Source: Thermoproteota archaeon (GTDB lineage: Archaea > Thermoproteota > Methanomethylicia > Methanomethylicales > Methanomethylicaceae). Taken from it: 64,000 bases of DNA. This document shows positions 39,219-48,777 of the stretch, one piece after another. The DNA lies in NCBI GenBank assembly GCA_020832905.1, contig JAJHRG010000001.1, positions 564,940-628,939 on the forward strand, read 5' to 3'. Positions within the stretch are counted from its first letter, which is position 1, and the number at the start of each line of letters is the position of its first letter. The notes beneath the pieces were generated by a model. That model searched no databases. It was not told the origin of the DNA and saw nothing but the letters and a program-made list of their open reading frames with translations. The position numbers were made by a program, and so were the translations under genes.

Positions 39219-39411
39219 AAGATTTAAACTATTGTGGATTTATATTATAACAGCCTCATCATTACCTTTTTCTTATATTTTATCTCTTAATTGTAATTTT
39301 TTATGTTTTTCATGTCCACTTAGTGGATTATGTATTATTTTTTATCCAATAATTATTTTGGCTATTATTTTTGTAAAATTAATAAGAAAAATTAAAAATT
39401 TTAAAATATAG
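39196..39411 (+). CDS. small Cys-rich two-TM membrane protein
   Basis: 71 aa with CNFLCFSCPLSGLC between hydrophobic helices. It overlaps the upstream gene by 23 nt. Confidence 0.45.
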   Translation: MLLQKLIKRFKLLWIYIITASSLPFSYILSLNCNFLCFSCPLSGLCIIFYPIIILAIIFVKLIRKIKNFKI

Positions 39412-39459
39412 AAAAAAGTTAAATTTAAGTAAAATGTTTATCAATAAGAGGTTGAAAAA

Positions 39460-39993
39460 ATGAATTTCTTACATGATATAGAAACTGGTAATAAAGCACC
39501 AGATATTGTAAATGTTGTTATAGAGAATGTAAAAGGATCTTTGAATAAAATAGAATATAATGAAAAAGAAGGAATTTTTAAATTAGATAGAGTTCTTTAT
39601 TCTGATATTACTTGGCCATTTGATTATGGTTTTATACCAAGAACTTGGCATGAAGATGAAGATCCAGTAGATGTTGTAGTTCTAGTAACTCAATCTACTT
39701 TTCCAGGCTGTATAGTAGAAGTAAGACCAGTAGCTTTATTAATTATGGAGGATGAAAAGGGAAAAGATGATAAAGTAGTTGCAGTTCCTGCAAAAGATCC
39801 AAGATTTTTTGGTATAAAAGATTTAAATGATATTCCAAAAGAAAAAATAAAGGAAATAGAGTACTTCTTTGAAAACTATAAAAAATTAGAACCTGGAAAA
39901 TTTGTTAAAATTAAAGGATGGAAAAATGCAGATGAAGCTAAAAAAGTTATAATAGAAGCAATGAAATCATATGAGAAAAAATTCAAAAAATAA
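39460..39993 (+). CDS. ppa: family I inorganic pyrophosphatase
   Basis: YGFIPRT, EDEDPVDVVVL and DDKVVAVP blocks, 177 aa. Confidence 0.92.
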   Translation: MNFLHDIETGNKAPDIVNVVIENVKGSLNKIEYNEKEGIFKLDRVLYSDITWPFDYGFIPRTWHEDEDPVDVVVLVTQSTFPGCIVEVRPVALLIMEDEKGKDDKVVAVPAKDPRFFGIKDLNDIPKEKIKEIEYFFENYKKLEPGKFVKIKGWKNADEAKKVIIEAMKSYEKKFKK

Positions 39994-39997
39994 TTTT

Positions 39998-40723
39998 TTA
40001 ATATGCAGTTTTATAACCAGTAGGTTTTACAATAATTAATCCTGCTTTCATTGCTTCATGATATACATTAGGCTTATATTCAATTACTAAATAAAAAGCT
40101 ATAATCCATAGTAAAAATAAAACTAATGAATAAAAAATCATAATAGAAAATCCCAATAATATTAACAACTTAATAATTCTTATTCTTCTTATCTTTTCCT
40201 TTAATAGATTAATATCAATATCTTTAGAACTTTCTTCAAAGAAATTTCTTAATATATCTATACTCATGTAATATGCTGAACAAATAATTTCCTTGGGATT
40301 ACTAGAGGATTTTTTAATAATTTTTTCTTTGCATAATTCTAAAATCATATCTGATAATTTTTCTAATTCATTTTCAATTTCTTCATGAGCATCTATTATT
40401 AACATTTTTCTTCTTTTAATAATACTATCATGAATATAATGAAGACATCTTCCTAACATTAAACCTGAGAAATACCACTTATTTCTTCTTACATAATATA
40501 ATGATAGCTCATAATAGTATCTTATGAGATTATTATGAATATCATGATGAGTAATTTCTTTTTCATATTTTCTTTTTTTAGAAATAATAATTTTCTTATC
40601 TTGTTTTATATCAGGATCAATAATTCCATTAAATAATCCATCTAAAAAATCTTTTCTTAAATTTAAATTAAAATTACTTAAAGCTTTTTCAAGAATAATT
40701 CTATGAGTTCTCCATTTTGGCAT
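39998..40723 (-). CDS. hypothetical His-rich protein with C-terminal TM anchor
   Basis: 241 aa. Conserved-looking His/Asp positions (WRTHR, IDPD, HHD, HYIHD) suggest a metal-dependent hydrolase. This is a weak assignment. Confidence 0.35.
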   Translation of the reverse strand: MPKWRTHRIILEKALSNFNLNLRKDFLDGLFNGIIDPDIKQDKKIIISKKRKYEKEITHHDIHNNLIRYYYELSLYYVRRNKWYFSGLMLGRCLHYIHDSIIKRRKMLIIDAHEEIENELEKLSDMILELCKEKIIKKSSSNPKEIICSAYYMSIDILRNFFEESSKDIDINLLKEKIRRIRIIKLLILLGFSIMIFYSLVLFLLWIIAFYLVIEYKPNVYHEAMKAGLIIVKPTGYKTAY

Positions 40724-40791
40724 ACAATATTTTATATGTTTATCATTTATTTAAATAAAGTATTTTTATGAATTTTTCTAAATTTCTTCTT

Positions 40792-41380
40792 ATGAGTGAA
40801 AAATATAAAGCTCTTGGTGTAGATGTTCATAAAACTAGAATTTCACATTTTTAAAAAAAAATTATAAAAAGAAATTTTTCCTGGCTCTTTTTGTACAGTA
40901 ATTAAACATCCTCTAGATTCTTCAAAAGGTATTATACTACATGAGGATGGTGCTAGTAGTAAGCCTATTATTTCATATTTATATTATAAGGAAAATAATG
41001 ATCCAAAATATTTTCAAAGCTTAGTAAAAGATGTTATTGCAATGAATATTGATGATGTAATATGTATTGGAGCAAATCCTTTAGCACTATCTGATTATAT
41101 AGCATTAAATCCTTTAGTAATAGATAAAGAAGTTCTTTTAAGTAATATTGCTAAAGGTTTTTCAAAAGTACTACAAGAAGTTAATTTATGTTTTTGTGGA
41201 GAAGAAACTGCTGAATTACCAGATATAATTAGAACATTTGATATTTCTTGTACAGTTTATTCAGAAATTTCACTTGATTCTGTAATTACTGGCTATCAAA
41301 TCTCTCCTGGTGATATTATTATTGGATTAAGAAGTGGAGGTAAAGCATTAAATGAAGATTTGGTACTTCTATTGGACTAA
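40792..41380 (+). pseudogene. PurM/AIR-synthase-like gene remnant (frameshifted and C-terminally truncated)
   Basis: MSEKYKALGVDVHK... stops after 20 codons at an A-run. Homology continues in another frame (HEDGASSKP, IAMNIDDVICIGANPL, CGEETAELP, GDIIIGLRSGG). The C-terminal domain is absent. Confidence 0.65.
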
Positions 41381-41382
41381 TT

Positions 41383-41810
41383 TGGAAGAGAGAAGAAGCA
41401 CGCTCTATAGTAGAAAAAGGAGTAGATTGGTGGATATTAATTTTCTTTATGTTTCTATTTGCTAAAGCAGGAGCACTTAAGTATACTGGACTAATAAATG
41501 TGCTTGCTTCTGGAATAGCATCTATTGCATCATCTCAGCATCAAATTCAATCTTTTATGCTTTGATTAGTGGATTTGCATCTTTAATTCCTGTAGTCCAA
41601 AGTATTGGTAACTTAGGATTTTCCATGGCCCCTCTTTGGTGGGCACTTCTCTTTGGAGGGACTTATGGAGGTAACATTACTATGATAGGTAGTACAGCCA
41701 ATATTGTTGTATTAGGTATGTTAGAAAAAGAATGTAATTATTATATGAAATTCTTTAAGTGGCTTCCTATTGAGTTGCTTGGTGGAGTTTTACCAATGCT
41801 TGTAGCATAA
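41383..41810 (+). pseudogene. C-terminal fragment of an ArsB/NhaD-family permease (internal stop/frameshift)
   Basis: ...GVDWWILIFFMFLFAKAGALKYTG... ends at a stop, then continues as ...GGNITMIGSTANIVVLG.... This resembles the C-terminal third of the ORF at 10-1296. No N-terminal two thirds are present. Confidence 0.65.
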
Positions 41811-41913
41811 ATATGGCTAATAATGATATTTCATTAGTTTTTTATTGAATATTATCTATTATGCAACATCAATTAGCACTTTTTGTATTTCAAAAATAAT
41901 TTTAAAAATAAAT

Positions 41914-42939
41914 TCAAGTCTGTATTATTTGTTCTATGCTTAGGTTTAAAACTATCTCAGCTATATCACTTGAATAATCGATAATCCTTCTCAGATTTTC
42001 TAAAATAAGTGCTAATTCTGCTGATTGTTTTTTATTTCTTTTGATTATATCTCTAACTATTTTCATTCCTTTTGTTATTGTTTCTCTAATTTTTTGTATA
42101 TTTTCTTCTGCTAATTGATAATCTCTCTTAAAGAAGGCTTCTACTGAAGTTTCAAAAACTGATTTTGAAAAAGAACTTATTTTCATTATTTCATCTAATA
42201 TTGATTTATCAAGTTTAGAATTTAAAGTAGTTGTAATTTCAGCTATTCTAACAGAATGATCAGCTATTCTTTCTACGAATTTTACCAACACTCTATAAGC
42301 TAAACATTCTCTTGGATTAGAAAGTCCAATTTCTTGCATTATCTTACTATTTTGAATAGCAACCTTTAATTGACGAATTATATAAAAGCTTAAACGATCA
42401 ACTTCATCATCTAATTCTATTACATTATTAGCAAGATCTTTATCTAAATTTATTAATGCTTTTATAGCATTTTCATGAAGTGAAGAAGTTATTAAACACA
42501 TACGCCTTAAAGTACTACTAATTGAAAGTTCAGTAGAGTCTACTAAGACCTTTAAAATCATTTCATTGGGCATATCAGATATTATTTCCACTCCTATAAG
42601 CTTTCTTTTAGTTAATCCCCTTATGGTATTTTTATGTGAAGGAGTAATTTGTCCATCAATAGCCATAATCCTAATAGAATCATAACCATTAAGGTATACT
42701 GAAATTATTGCTCTTATTATCTTTTCCAAAGGATAGTCCTTTGATATTTTAATAATTGCCTCTCTAAGATTTACCTTTGGCTTAATTAAATCCTTAGGAG
42801 TTATAATAAGTGATGAGCCTTCTTGTGTTATTACAAGTTGATCACCAACTTTAAGACCCATATCTTTAATCCATTTTTTTGGTAGAGAAATTATAAATGA
42901 TGATCTACCAGTAAGTTGGATTTTTCTAATTTCTTCCAT
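41914..42939 (-). CDS. phosphate-uptake regulator, AbrB/SpoVT domain fused to PhoU repeats
   Basis: N-terminal LTGRSSFIISLPKKWIKDMGLKVGDQL (AbrB-type) and two PhoU-like repeats (ERIADH). It is divergent from pstS. Confidence 0.85.
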   Translation of the reverse strand: MEEIRKIQLTGRSSFIISLPKKWIKDMGLKVGDQLVITQEGSSLIITPKDLIKPKVNLREAIIKISKDYPLEKIIRAIISVYLNGYDSIRIMAIDGQITPSHKNTIRGLTKRKLIGVEIISDMPNEMILKVLVDSTELSISSTLRRMCLITSSLHENAIKALINLDKDLANNVIELDDEVDRLSFYIIRQLKVAIQNSKIMQEIGLSNPRECLAYRVLVKFVERIADHSVRIAEITTTLNSKLDKSILDEIMKISSFSKSVFETSVEAFFKRDYQLAEENIQKIRETITKGMKIVRDIIKRNKKQSAELALILENLRRIIDYSSDIAEIVLNLSIEQIIQT

Positions 42940-42952
42940 AATTTTTCACAAA

Positions 42953-43005
42953 TCTATATATCTATATATAGAGCTATATATTTTATTTCGACAAACTATA
43001 TAGAT
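42953..43005. promoter_or_regulatory. divergent promoter/operator region with four CTATATA repeats
   Basis: TCTATATA at 42953 and 42961, CTATATA at 42974, CTATATAGA at 42997. They are partly palindromic (CTATATATAG) and lie between the AbrB-PhoU gene and pstS. Confidence 0.4.
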
Positions 43006-43036
43006 AACCATTTCTCAAAAAATCTTGGGGATTTAA

Positions 43037-44161
43037 TTGAAGGGAAGAAGTATTGCCATTATTGCCATAATTATAATAGCAGTAATAAGCATAGCAACTT
43101 GGTATTCTCTTAATCCAGCAGGTACAACTCAAGAAACACCTCAAAAAGAGATATCTTTGAATGGTGCTGGTGCAACTTTTCCCTTTCCTTTAATTGATAA
43201 GTGGATATCAGAATACAATAAAATTTATCCTAATATTAAAATAAACTATCAACCTATTGGTAGTGGGGGCGGTCAGAGAGCACATATTGAAAAAACTGTT
43301 CATTTTGCAGCAAGTGATGCTCCATTAAGTGATGAGCAACTTAAGAATGCTACCAATACTCTTCATATACCAATAACTATAGGTGCTGTGGTTCCAGTAT
43401 ATAATATTCCTAATATACCAAAAGGACTTAATTTTACTGGAGAGGTCTTAGCAAAAATATTTCTTGGAGAAATTAAGAAATGGAATGATCCAGCTATATT
43501 AGCATTAAATCCTGGCATTTCATTACCAGATGCTGATATAACAGTAGTTCATAGAGCTGATAGTAGTGGAACTACATATGTATGGACTAACTATTTATCA
43601 GCTATTAGTAGAGAATGGAAAGAAAGAGTAGGAATGGGTGTTGCAGTTAATTGGCCTGTTGGTCTTGGAGCTAAAGGTAATGATGGTGTAGCTGCTTTAG
43701 TTCAACAGACACCATACTCTATAGGTTATGTAGAATTCACATATGCAATGAAAACAGGATTATGTTATGGAAAAGTAAAAAATGCTGCAGGAGAATTCAT
43801 AGAACCAAGTATTGATTCTATTATGAAAGCAGTTGAATATGCTGCCATTACTTTACCTAAGGGTTATGAGAGTTGGTCTAAAGTTTCAATAGTTAATAGT
43901 ATTGTAAATAATACACAAGCTAAAGGAGCTTATCCAATAACTAGCTTTTCCTATATAATAGTTTATAGAGAACTAAATGTCCTGCCTGGCATGGATAGAG
44001 TAACTGCTAAGGCTTTAGTAGATTTCTTATGGTGGTGTATACATGAAGGACAAAATTATTCAGCTGGACTTTATTATGTTCCTTTACCTTCTAATGTAGT
44101 TAAACTAAATGAAGAGACAATTAAAATGATTACATTCAATGGACAAATAATTAAAACCTAA
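43037..44161 (+). CDS. pstS: phosphate ABC transporter substrate-binding protein
   Basis: TTG start, N-terminal TM/signal anchor, GAGATFPFPL, SGGG and ADSSGTT blocks. Confidence 0.9.
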   Translation: MKGRSIAIIAIIIIAVISIATWYSLNPAGTTQETPQKEISLNGAGATFPFPLIDKWISEYNKIYPNIKINYQPIGSGGGQRAHIEKTVHFAASDAPLSDEQLKNATNTLHIPITIGAVVPVYNIPNIPKGLNFTGEVLAKIFLGEIKKWNDPAILALNPGISLPDADITVVHRADSSGTTYVWTNYLSAISREWKERVGMGVAVNWPVGLGAKGNDGVAALVQQTPYSIGYVEFTYAMKTGLCYGKVKNAAGEFIEPSIDSIMKAVEYAAITLPKGYESWSKVSIVNSIVNNTQAKGAYPITSFSYIIVYRELNVLPGMDRVTAKALVDFLWWCIHEGQNYSAGLYYVPLPSNVVKLNEETIKMITFNGQIIKT

Positions 44162-44313
44162 AACTGAGATGAGAATCATGAATACTCATAAAAAATCTTT
44201 TTTTTTCTAAGTTTGAAAATAAGAGAAAAATTAAAACTATCTTAATAGGTGATAATATATTTAAGATAATAACAGCTACTATAGCATCAAGTATAATTTT
44301 AATAATTGGTTTA

Positions 44314-45159
44314 ATGTTTTATGAGCTTTATCTTGGCTCATGGCTTTCTATCAATAAATTTGGCTTAGGGTTTATAATTGGATCAGTATGGGATCCAGTT
44401 AAAGGAATTTTTGGAGCTCTTCCATTGATTTTAGGTACTTTATTTACATCAGCTATTGCTATTTTAATATCCTTTCCTATAAGTCTTGGTATAGCACTAG
44501 CACTTTCAGAATATATGCCTAAACAACTTAGTAATCTCTTCTTTTTCTTTGTTGAATTATTAGCAGCAATTCCTAGTGTTATCTATGGACTTTGGGGAAT
44601 TTATGTCTTAATACCTTTTTTACGTGAGGTAATATATCCATTCATTCAATCAAATTTTGGTTTTATTCCATTATTTTCTGGTCCAATATATGGAGGAGGT
44701 TTTCTAACTACTAGTATATTACTTGCTATAATGCTTATTCCAATTATGTCTACGATTATGAGGGAAATTTTTATTTTAGTACCTTCAGCATTAAAGGAAG
44801 CAGCAATATCATTAGGAGCTACAAAATGGGAGGTTATTAGTGTTATGATAAGTTATGCTCGTCTTGGTATTATAGGTGCTATTATGCTGGGTTTGGGAAG
44901 AGCTATTGGTGAAGCCATGGCTGTAAGTATGGTTATAGGAAATAAGTTTCAACTTTTTCCTTCTTCATTATTTGATGCATGGTATACTATGGCAGCCATA
45001 TTAGCTAATGAATTTATAGAAGCAATTAATCCTCTTCATATAAGTGCTCTTATAAATGTTGGTTTATTACTTTTGGTAATCAATTTAATTGTATCAATAA
45101 TTGCTAAAATTATTGTTCGATATCATTTAAGAATAATTGGAGGGATAATGAGAGAATGA
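44314..45159 (+). CDS. pstC: phosphate ABC transporter permease PstC (5' part displaced by a frameshift in a T9 run; intact gene would start at 44178)
   Basis: PstC-like TM core and the EAAISLGATKWE motif. The in-frame upstream sequence (44200-44313) still encodes the first TM helix but has no start codon. The ATG at 44178 is in the -1 frame. Confidence 0.85.
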   Translation: MFYELYLGSWLSINKFGLGFIIGSVWDPVKGIFGALPLILGTLFTSAIAILISFPISLGIALALSEYMPKQLSNLFFFFVELLAAIPSVIYGLWGIYVLIPFLREVIYPFIQSNFGFIPLFSGPIYGGGFLTTSILLAIMLIPIMSTIMREIFILVPSALKEAAISLGATKWEVISVMISYARLGIIGAIMLGLGRAIGEAMAVSMVIGNKFQLFPSSLFDAWYTMAAILANEFIEAINPLHISALINVGLLLLVINLIVSIIAKIIVRYHLRIIGGIMRE

Positions 45160-45992
45160 ATGAATTATATAGTAAATTCAGATCACTTAAGGATAAGATA
45201 ATGCATATTCTTGTATATTTAGCTCTCATAATTGCATTAATTCCTTTATTTAGTATTCTCTTCGAAGTATTCATAAGAGGTATAAGTGCTATAAATCTTG
45301 ACTTTTTTATTAAGCCAACACCAGCTGTTGGAGAAATTGGCGGTGGTGTTGCAAATGCCATACAAGGAACTCTTATAACCATTGGATTAGCTTCTATTAT
45401 AGGAGTACCAATAGGTATTATTACAGGAATTTTTTTAAGTGAATATAGTGAAAATAAACTATATACAATTATAAGATTATTAAATGAGCTATTAAATGGA
45501 ATGCCCTCAATAGTGATAGGACTTTTTGCATATGTTTTAATAGCTACTGTGGTAGGCTTTTCTGTAATGGCAGCATCTTTTGCTTTAGCTTTAATAATGA
45601 TACCAATAGTGAGTATAACAACTGAAGAAGCTCTTAAACTTGTACCAGCAAGTATAAGAGAAGCAGCAATTGCTTTGGGGACGTCAAGATGGAAGACTGT
45701 AATATTTGTTGCTTTGAGAATCACAAAAAAGGCAATTATAACTGGTATTCTTCAAGCAATAGCTAGAATAGCTGGAGAGTCAGCTCCTATTCTTGTAACT
45801 ATGGGATATTGGAAGTGGTGGTTTGCTGGACTTGATCGACCAGTAGCTAATTTAGCTCTGGATATATTTTTATTTGCAAAATCACCATTTGAGAATTGGA
45901 TAGTATTAGCTTGGGGTTCTGCATTAATTCTTATTATTATTATATTAAGTATAAATATAGTTGCTAGAATAATTATGAAGGAGAGATATTGA
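45156..45992 (+). CDS. pstA: phosphate ABC transporter permease PstA
   Basis: [16 protein letters not shown]-loop, 278 aa, start overlaps the pstC stop. Confidence 0.9.
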   Translation: MNELYSKFRSLKDKIMHILVYLALIIALIPLFSILFEVFIRGISAINLDFFIKPTPAVGEIGGGVANAIQGTLITIGLASIIGVPIGIITGIFLSEYSENKLYTIIRLLNELLNGMPSIVIGLFAYVLIATVVGFSVMAASFALALIMIPIVSITTEEALKLVPASIREAAIALGTSRWKTVIFVALRITKKAIITGILQAIARIAGESAPILVTMGYWKWWFAGLDRPVANLALDIFLFAKSPFENWIVLAWGSALILIIIILSINIVARIIMKERY

Positions 45993-46756
45993 TTATGTCT
46001 GCCTACAAAATTGAAGTTGAAAATTTAAATGCATGGTATGACTATAAACATGTCTTAATAGATATAAATATGAAGATTAAAGAAAGAACAGTAACAGCTA
46101 TAATGGGCCCATCTGGTTGTGGTAAAACTACTCTTATTCGTTGTTTAAATAGAATGCATGAGCTAGTACCAAAGGCTAAAGTTTCTGGAAAAGTTATCTT
46201 CAATAATTTAAATATATATGATAATAATGTAGATCCAACATGGATTAGAAGAAAAATAGGTATGGTATTTCAGAAACCAAACCCATTTCCTATGATGTCA
46301 ATTTATGATAATGTTGCTTTTGGTCCAAAAATACATGGTATTAAAAAGAGAAGCATTCTTGATAAAATTGTCAAACAAAGTCTTGAAATGGCTGGACTTT
46401 GGGAGGAAGTAAAAGATGATCTTCAAAAGCCTGCATCGGCTCTTTCAGGAGGACAACAACAAAGACTTTGTATTGCTCGTGCACTAGCTCTTGAACCTGA
46501 AGTAATATTAATGGATGAACCAACATCTCACTTAGATCCTATATCTGCAACTAAAATAGAGATGTTAATTAGAAAACTTGCTGAAAATTATACAGTAGTT
46601 ATTGTAACCCATAATATGCAACAAGCAGCTAGAATATCAGATTATGTTGCTTTTCTTTATATGGGTAGATTAGTAGAGTATGGTCCTACTAAGGAAGTTT
46701 TTGAAAGACCAAAGAATGAATTAACTGAAAGATATATAACTGGAAAAATTAGTTGA
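45989..46756 (+). CDS. pstB: phosphate ABC transporter ATP-binding protein
   Basis: Walker [10 protein letters not shown], signature LSGGQQQRL, Walker B ILMDEP. Confidence 0.94.
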   Translation: MIMSAYKIEVENLNAWYDYKHVLIDINMKIKERTVTAIMGPSGCGKTTLIRCLNRMHELVPKAKVSGKVIFNNLNIYDNNVDPTWIRRKIGMVFQKPNPFPMMSIYDNVAFGPKIHGIKKRSILDKIVKQSLEMAGLWEEVKDDLQKPASALSGGQQQRLCIARALALEPEVILMDEPTSHLDPISATKIEMLIRKLAENYTVVIVTHNMQQAARISDYVAFLYMGRLVEYGPTKEVFERPKNELTERYITGKIS

Positions 46757-46767
46757 GGTGATAAATT

Positions 46768-47406
46768 ATGGAAAGAATTATTGATTCAAAATTAAAAGAT
46801 TTAGAAACTACTATTAACAAAATGTGCATATTAGCAAATAGAGTTATCTCAATAGCTATTTATGAATCATTAAATTATGGAGATTCATATAATGAAATAA
46901 AGGAAATCTCTGATTTATTAATGATGTTAGCTGATCAAGTAGAAGATAATGCAGTTGAAATAATATTAAAATTTCAACCTGTAGCCTCAGACTTACGTAC
47001 AGTAAAGACATTCATGAGAATTTCATACGATCTAGCACGATTAGGTAGGTATGCTTTAGATATAGCTTATGTTAATAAGCACTTTGATGGAATTAGAAAT
47101 TGTAAAGAATGGATTCGTAATTATATTGAAAATATGAGCACAAAAGTTCTAAAAATGATAGAATTAACTATAAACTCTATAGAAAATAAAACTTTAAAGG
47201 ACATTAAAGAAATTTCAGAATTAGAGAAAAATATAGATAAACTTTATTTAGAATTCTTAGAAAAAATTACTGAGAATAATGATAATAAAACTATTGTTTC
47301 AAGTGTATTAATTGTAAGATATTTAGAAAGAATAGCAGATCATATGGTATATGCTTTTGAAGCTCTAATATACATGATTACAGGAAGAAGAGAGCTTATA
47401 GAATAA
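46768..47406 (+). CDS. phoU: phosphate transport system regulator PhoU
   Basis: 212 aa, two PhoU repeats, ERIADH. GAGGTGA SD upstream. Confidence 0.85.
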   Translation: MERIIDSKLKDLETTINKMCILANRVISIAIYESLNYGDSYNEIKEISDLLMMLADQVEDNAVEIILKFQPVASDLRTVKTFMRISYDLARLGRYALDIAYVNKHFDGIRNCKEWIRNYIENMSTKVLKMIELTINSIENKTLKDIKEISELEKNIDKLYLEFLEKITENNDNKTIVSSVLIVRYLERIADHMVYAFEALIYMITGRRELIE

Positions 47407-47513
47407 ATACTAAATAGAGTAAATACCATAAAATTCAACACAATTTCAATATTTTTTCCATACTCAGAGATAAAATAAGTCTTTTCTTTCATTTGATCTT
47501 AAAAATAATACCT

Positions 47514-48620
47514 TCAGATGTTTATTTTGTAGATTTTTGCTGGTAAATCTCCATGCTTTACATCTCTAACTTCAATATAATTAATATCTAATTTTTCAAG
47601 GACTTTATATGCAGCTGTTATTAATACAATAGTAGCACCACTTAAAGAATTTTTTAATGCATTAAAAAATTCTCTATAGAGCTTTTCAATTATTTTAATT
47701 CTACTTTGTCTAATTCCATATGGTGGATTTAATACAATATACTTTGCATCAATTCCTTTATAGCTTTCTTTTCTTGTAGCATCTCTTATTGAGAAATTAA
47801 TAGTATCATATACATTAGCTGATTTTGAATTTAATATTGCTCCTTCTATATGCTTTTTTGAAATATCAAAAGCATAAATACTAAAAAAATTACTATTTGA
47901 TTCTTTTAATGCTTTTTCTAATTCATTTTTATATAAATTTTCATCAAAAAATGATAATCTCTTAAATGCAAAATCTTTTCTGAATATGCCAGGAGGAATA
48001 TTTCTTGCCATAAGTGCAGCTTCAATAGGTATTGTTCCACCACCACACATTGGATCTAAAAATACTTCTTTAAAATTCCAATTAGAAATTTTTATCATAC
48101 CACATGCAATTGTTGTTCTTAAAGCAGCTGGATGATCATATACTCTATAATTTCTTTTATGCATTGAATCCCCTGTAGTATTAATACCAATATTTACTTC
48201 ATCATCTTTTACATATGAAAATATTTCAATATCTGGATTTTCCAAATCAACTTTTGGTTTCTCTATACTAAAGCTATCTAGTATTGCTTGACCTATAGTA
48301 GCAGAAATTTGACAGCTATTATAATTATGTGAACCTACTCTTGTTGTTCTTACTGCAAATTTTTTATTTTTTAAAAAATTATAATCAACTGATTTTGCAA
48401 GATTATAAATTTCCTTTAGACTTGTTGCTTTTCCTTCTATTAGTAATAATATTAATTTATGTAGACATCTACATCTTAAATTTAATTTATAAATTAATTC
48501 AATATTTCCTTCAAAAAATACTCTTTCACTTCCTAATCTTATAAAACATCCTCCTAATTCTTCAATTTCCTTTCCAGCAATATCTTCTAAACCTTTAACA
48601 GTAGTTGCCATGAACTTCAT
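47514..48620 (-). CDS. THUMP-domain RNA (tRNA guanine-N2-type) methyltransferase
   Basis: N-terminal ferredoxin-like/THUMP region, SAM motif I DPMCGGGTIPIEAA, motif IV NPPYG. Confidence 0.8.
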   Translation of the reverse strand: MKFMATTVKGLEDIAGKEIEELGGCFIRLGSERVFFEGNIELIYKLNLRCRCLHKLILLLIEGKATSLKEIYNLAKSVDYNFLKNKKFAVRTTRVGSHNYNSCQISATIGQAILDSFSIEKPKVDLENPDIEIFSYVKDDEVNIGINTTGDSMHKRNYRVYDHPAALRTTIACGMIKISNWNFKEVFLDPMCGGGTIPIEAALMARNIPPGIFRKDFAFKRLSFFDENLYKNELEKALKESNSNFFSIYAFDISKKHIEGAILNSKSANVYDTINFSIRDATRKESYKGIDAKYIVLNPPYGIRQSRIKIIEKLYREFFNALKNSLSGATIVLITAAYKVLEKLDINYIEVRDVKHGDLPAKIYKINI

Positions 48621-48675
48621 TTTTACTTCACTAATTTTAAGTATTCACAATTCAATATAGAGATAATAATAAGTT

Positions 48676-48728
48676 ATTGATGAATCTTAGCTACAATTAC
48701 CTCAGCTACCCCAGGTAACATCATCAAT
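48676..48728. other. GC-enriched inverted-repeat element, possible small structured RNA
   Basis: ATTGATGA (48676-48683) and TCATCAAT (48721-48728) flank a 37-nt core containing nested repeats TAGCT/AGCTA and ACCT/AGGT. UGAUGA and CUGA box-like words occur on the minus strand. Confidence 0.25.
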
Positions 48729-48777
48729 CTGTATGCATGACTCTCTTCATTGGCAATAAAAATTTATGAATTTTTAT

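Noticed and set aside
41042-41810. Track ORFs 41042-41380 and 41562-41810 taken as intact small genes
   Set aside because: Both are internal pieces of larger families (PurM-like, ArsB/NhaD). Homology continues in other frames upstream, so they are treated as pseudogene fragments.
42916-43113. 65-aa ORF spanning the AbrB-PhoU/pstS intergenic region
   Set aside because: It runs through the TATA-rich divergent promoter and into the pstS signal anchor in another frame. There is no support for it.
45110-45724. 204-aa ORF antisense to pstA
   Set aside because: It lies entirely inside the well-supported pstA gene on the opposite strand. Its composition is low-complexity and Ile/Lys/Ala-biased, as expected from the reverse complement of a membrane-protein gene. 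It has no motif and no SD.
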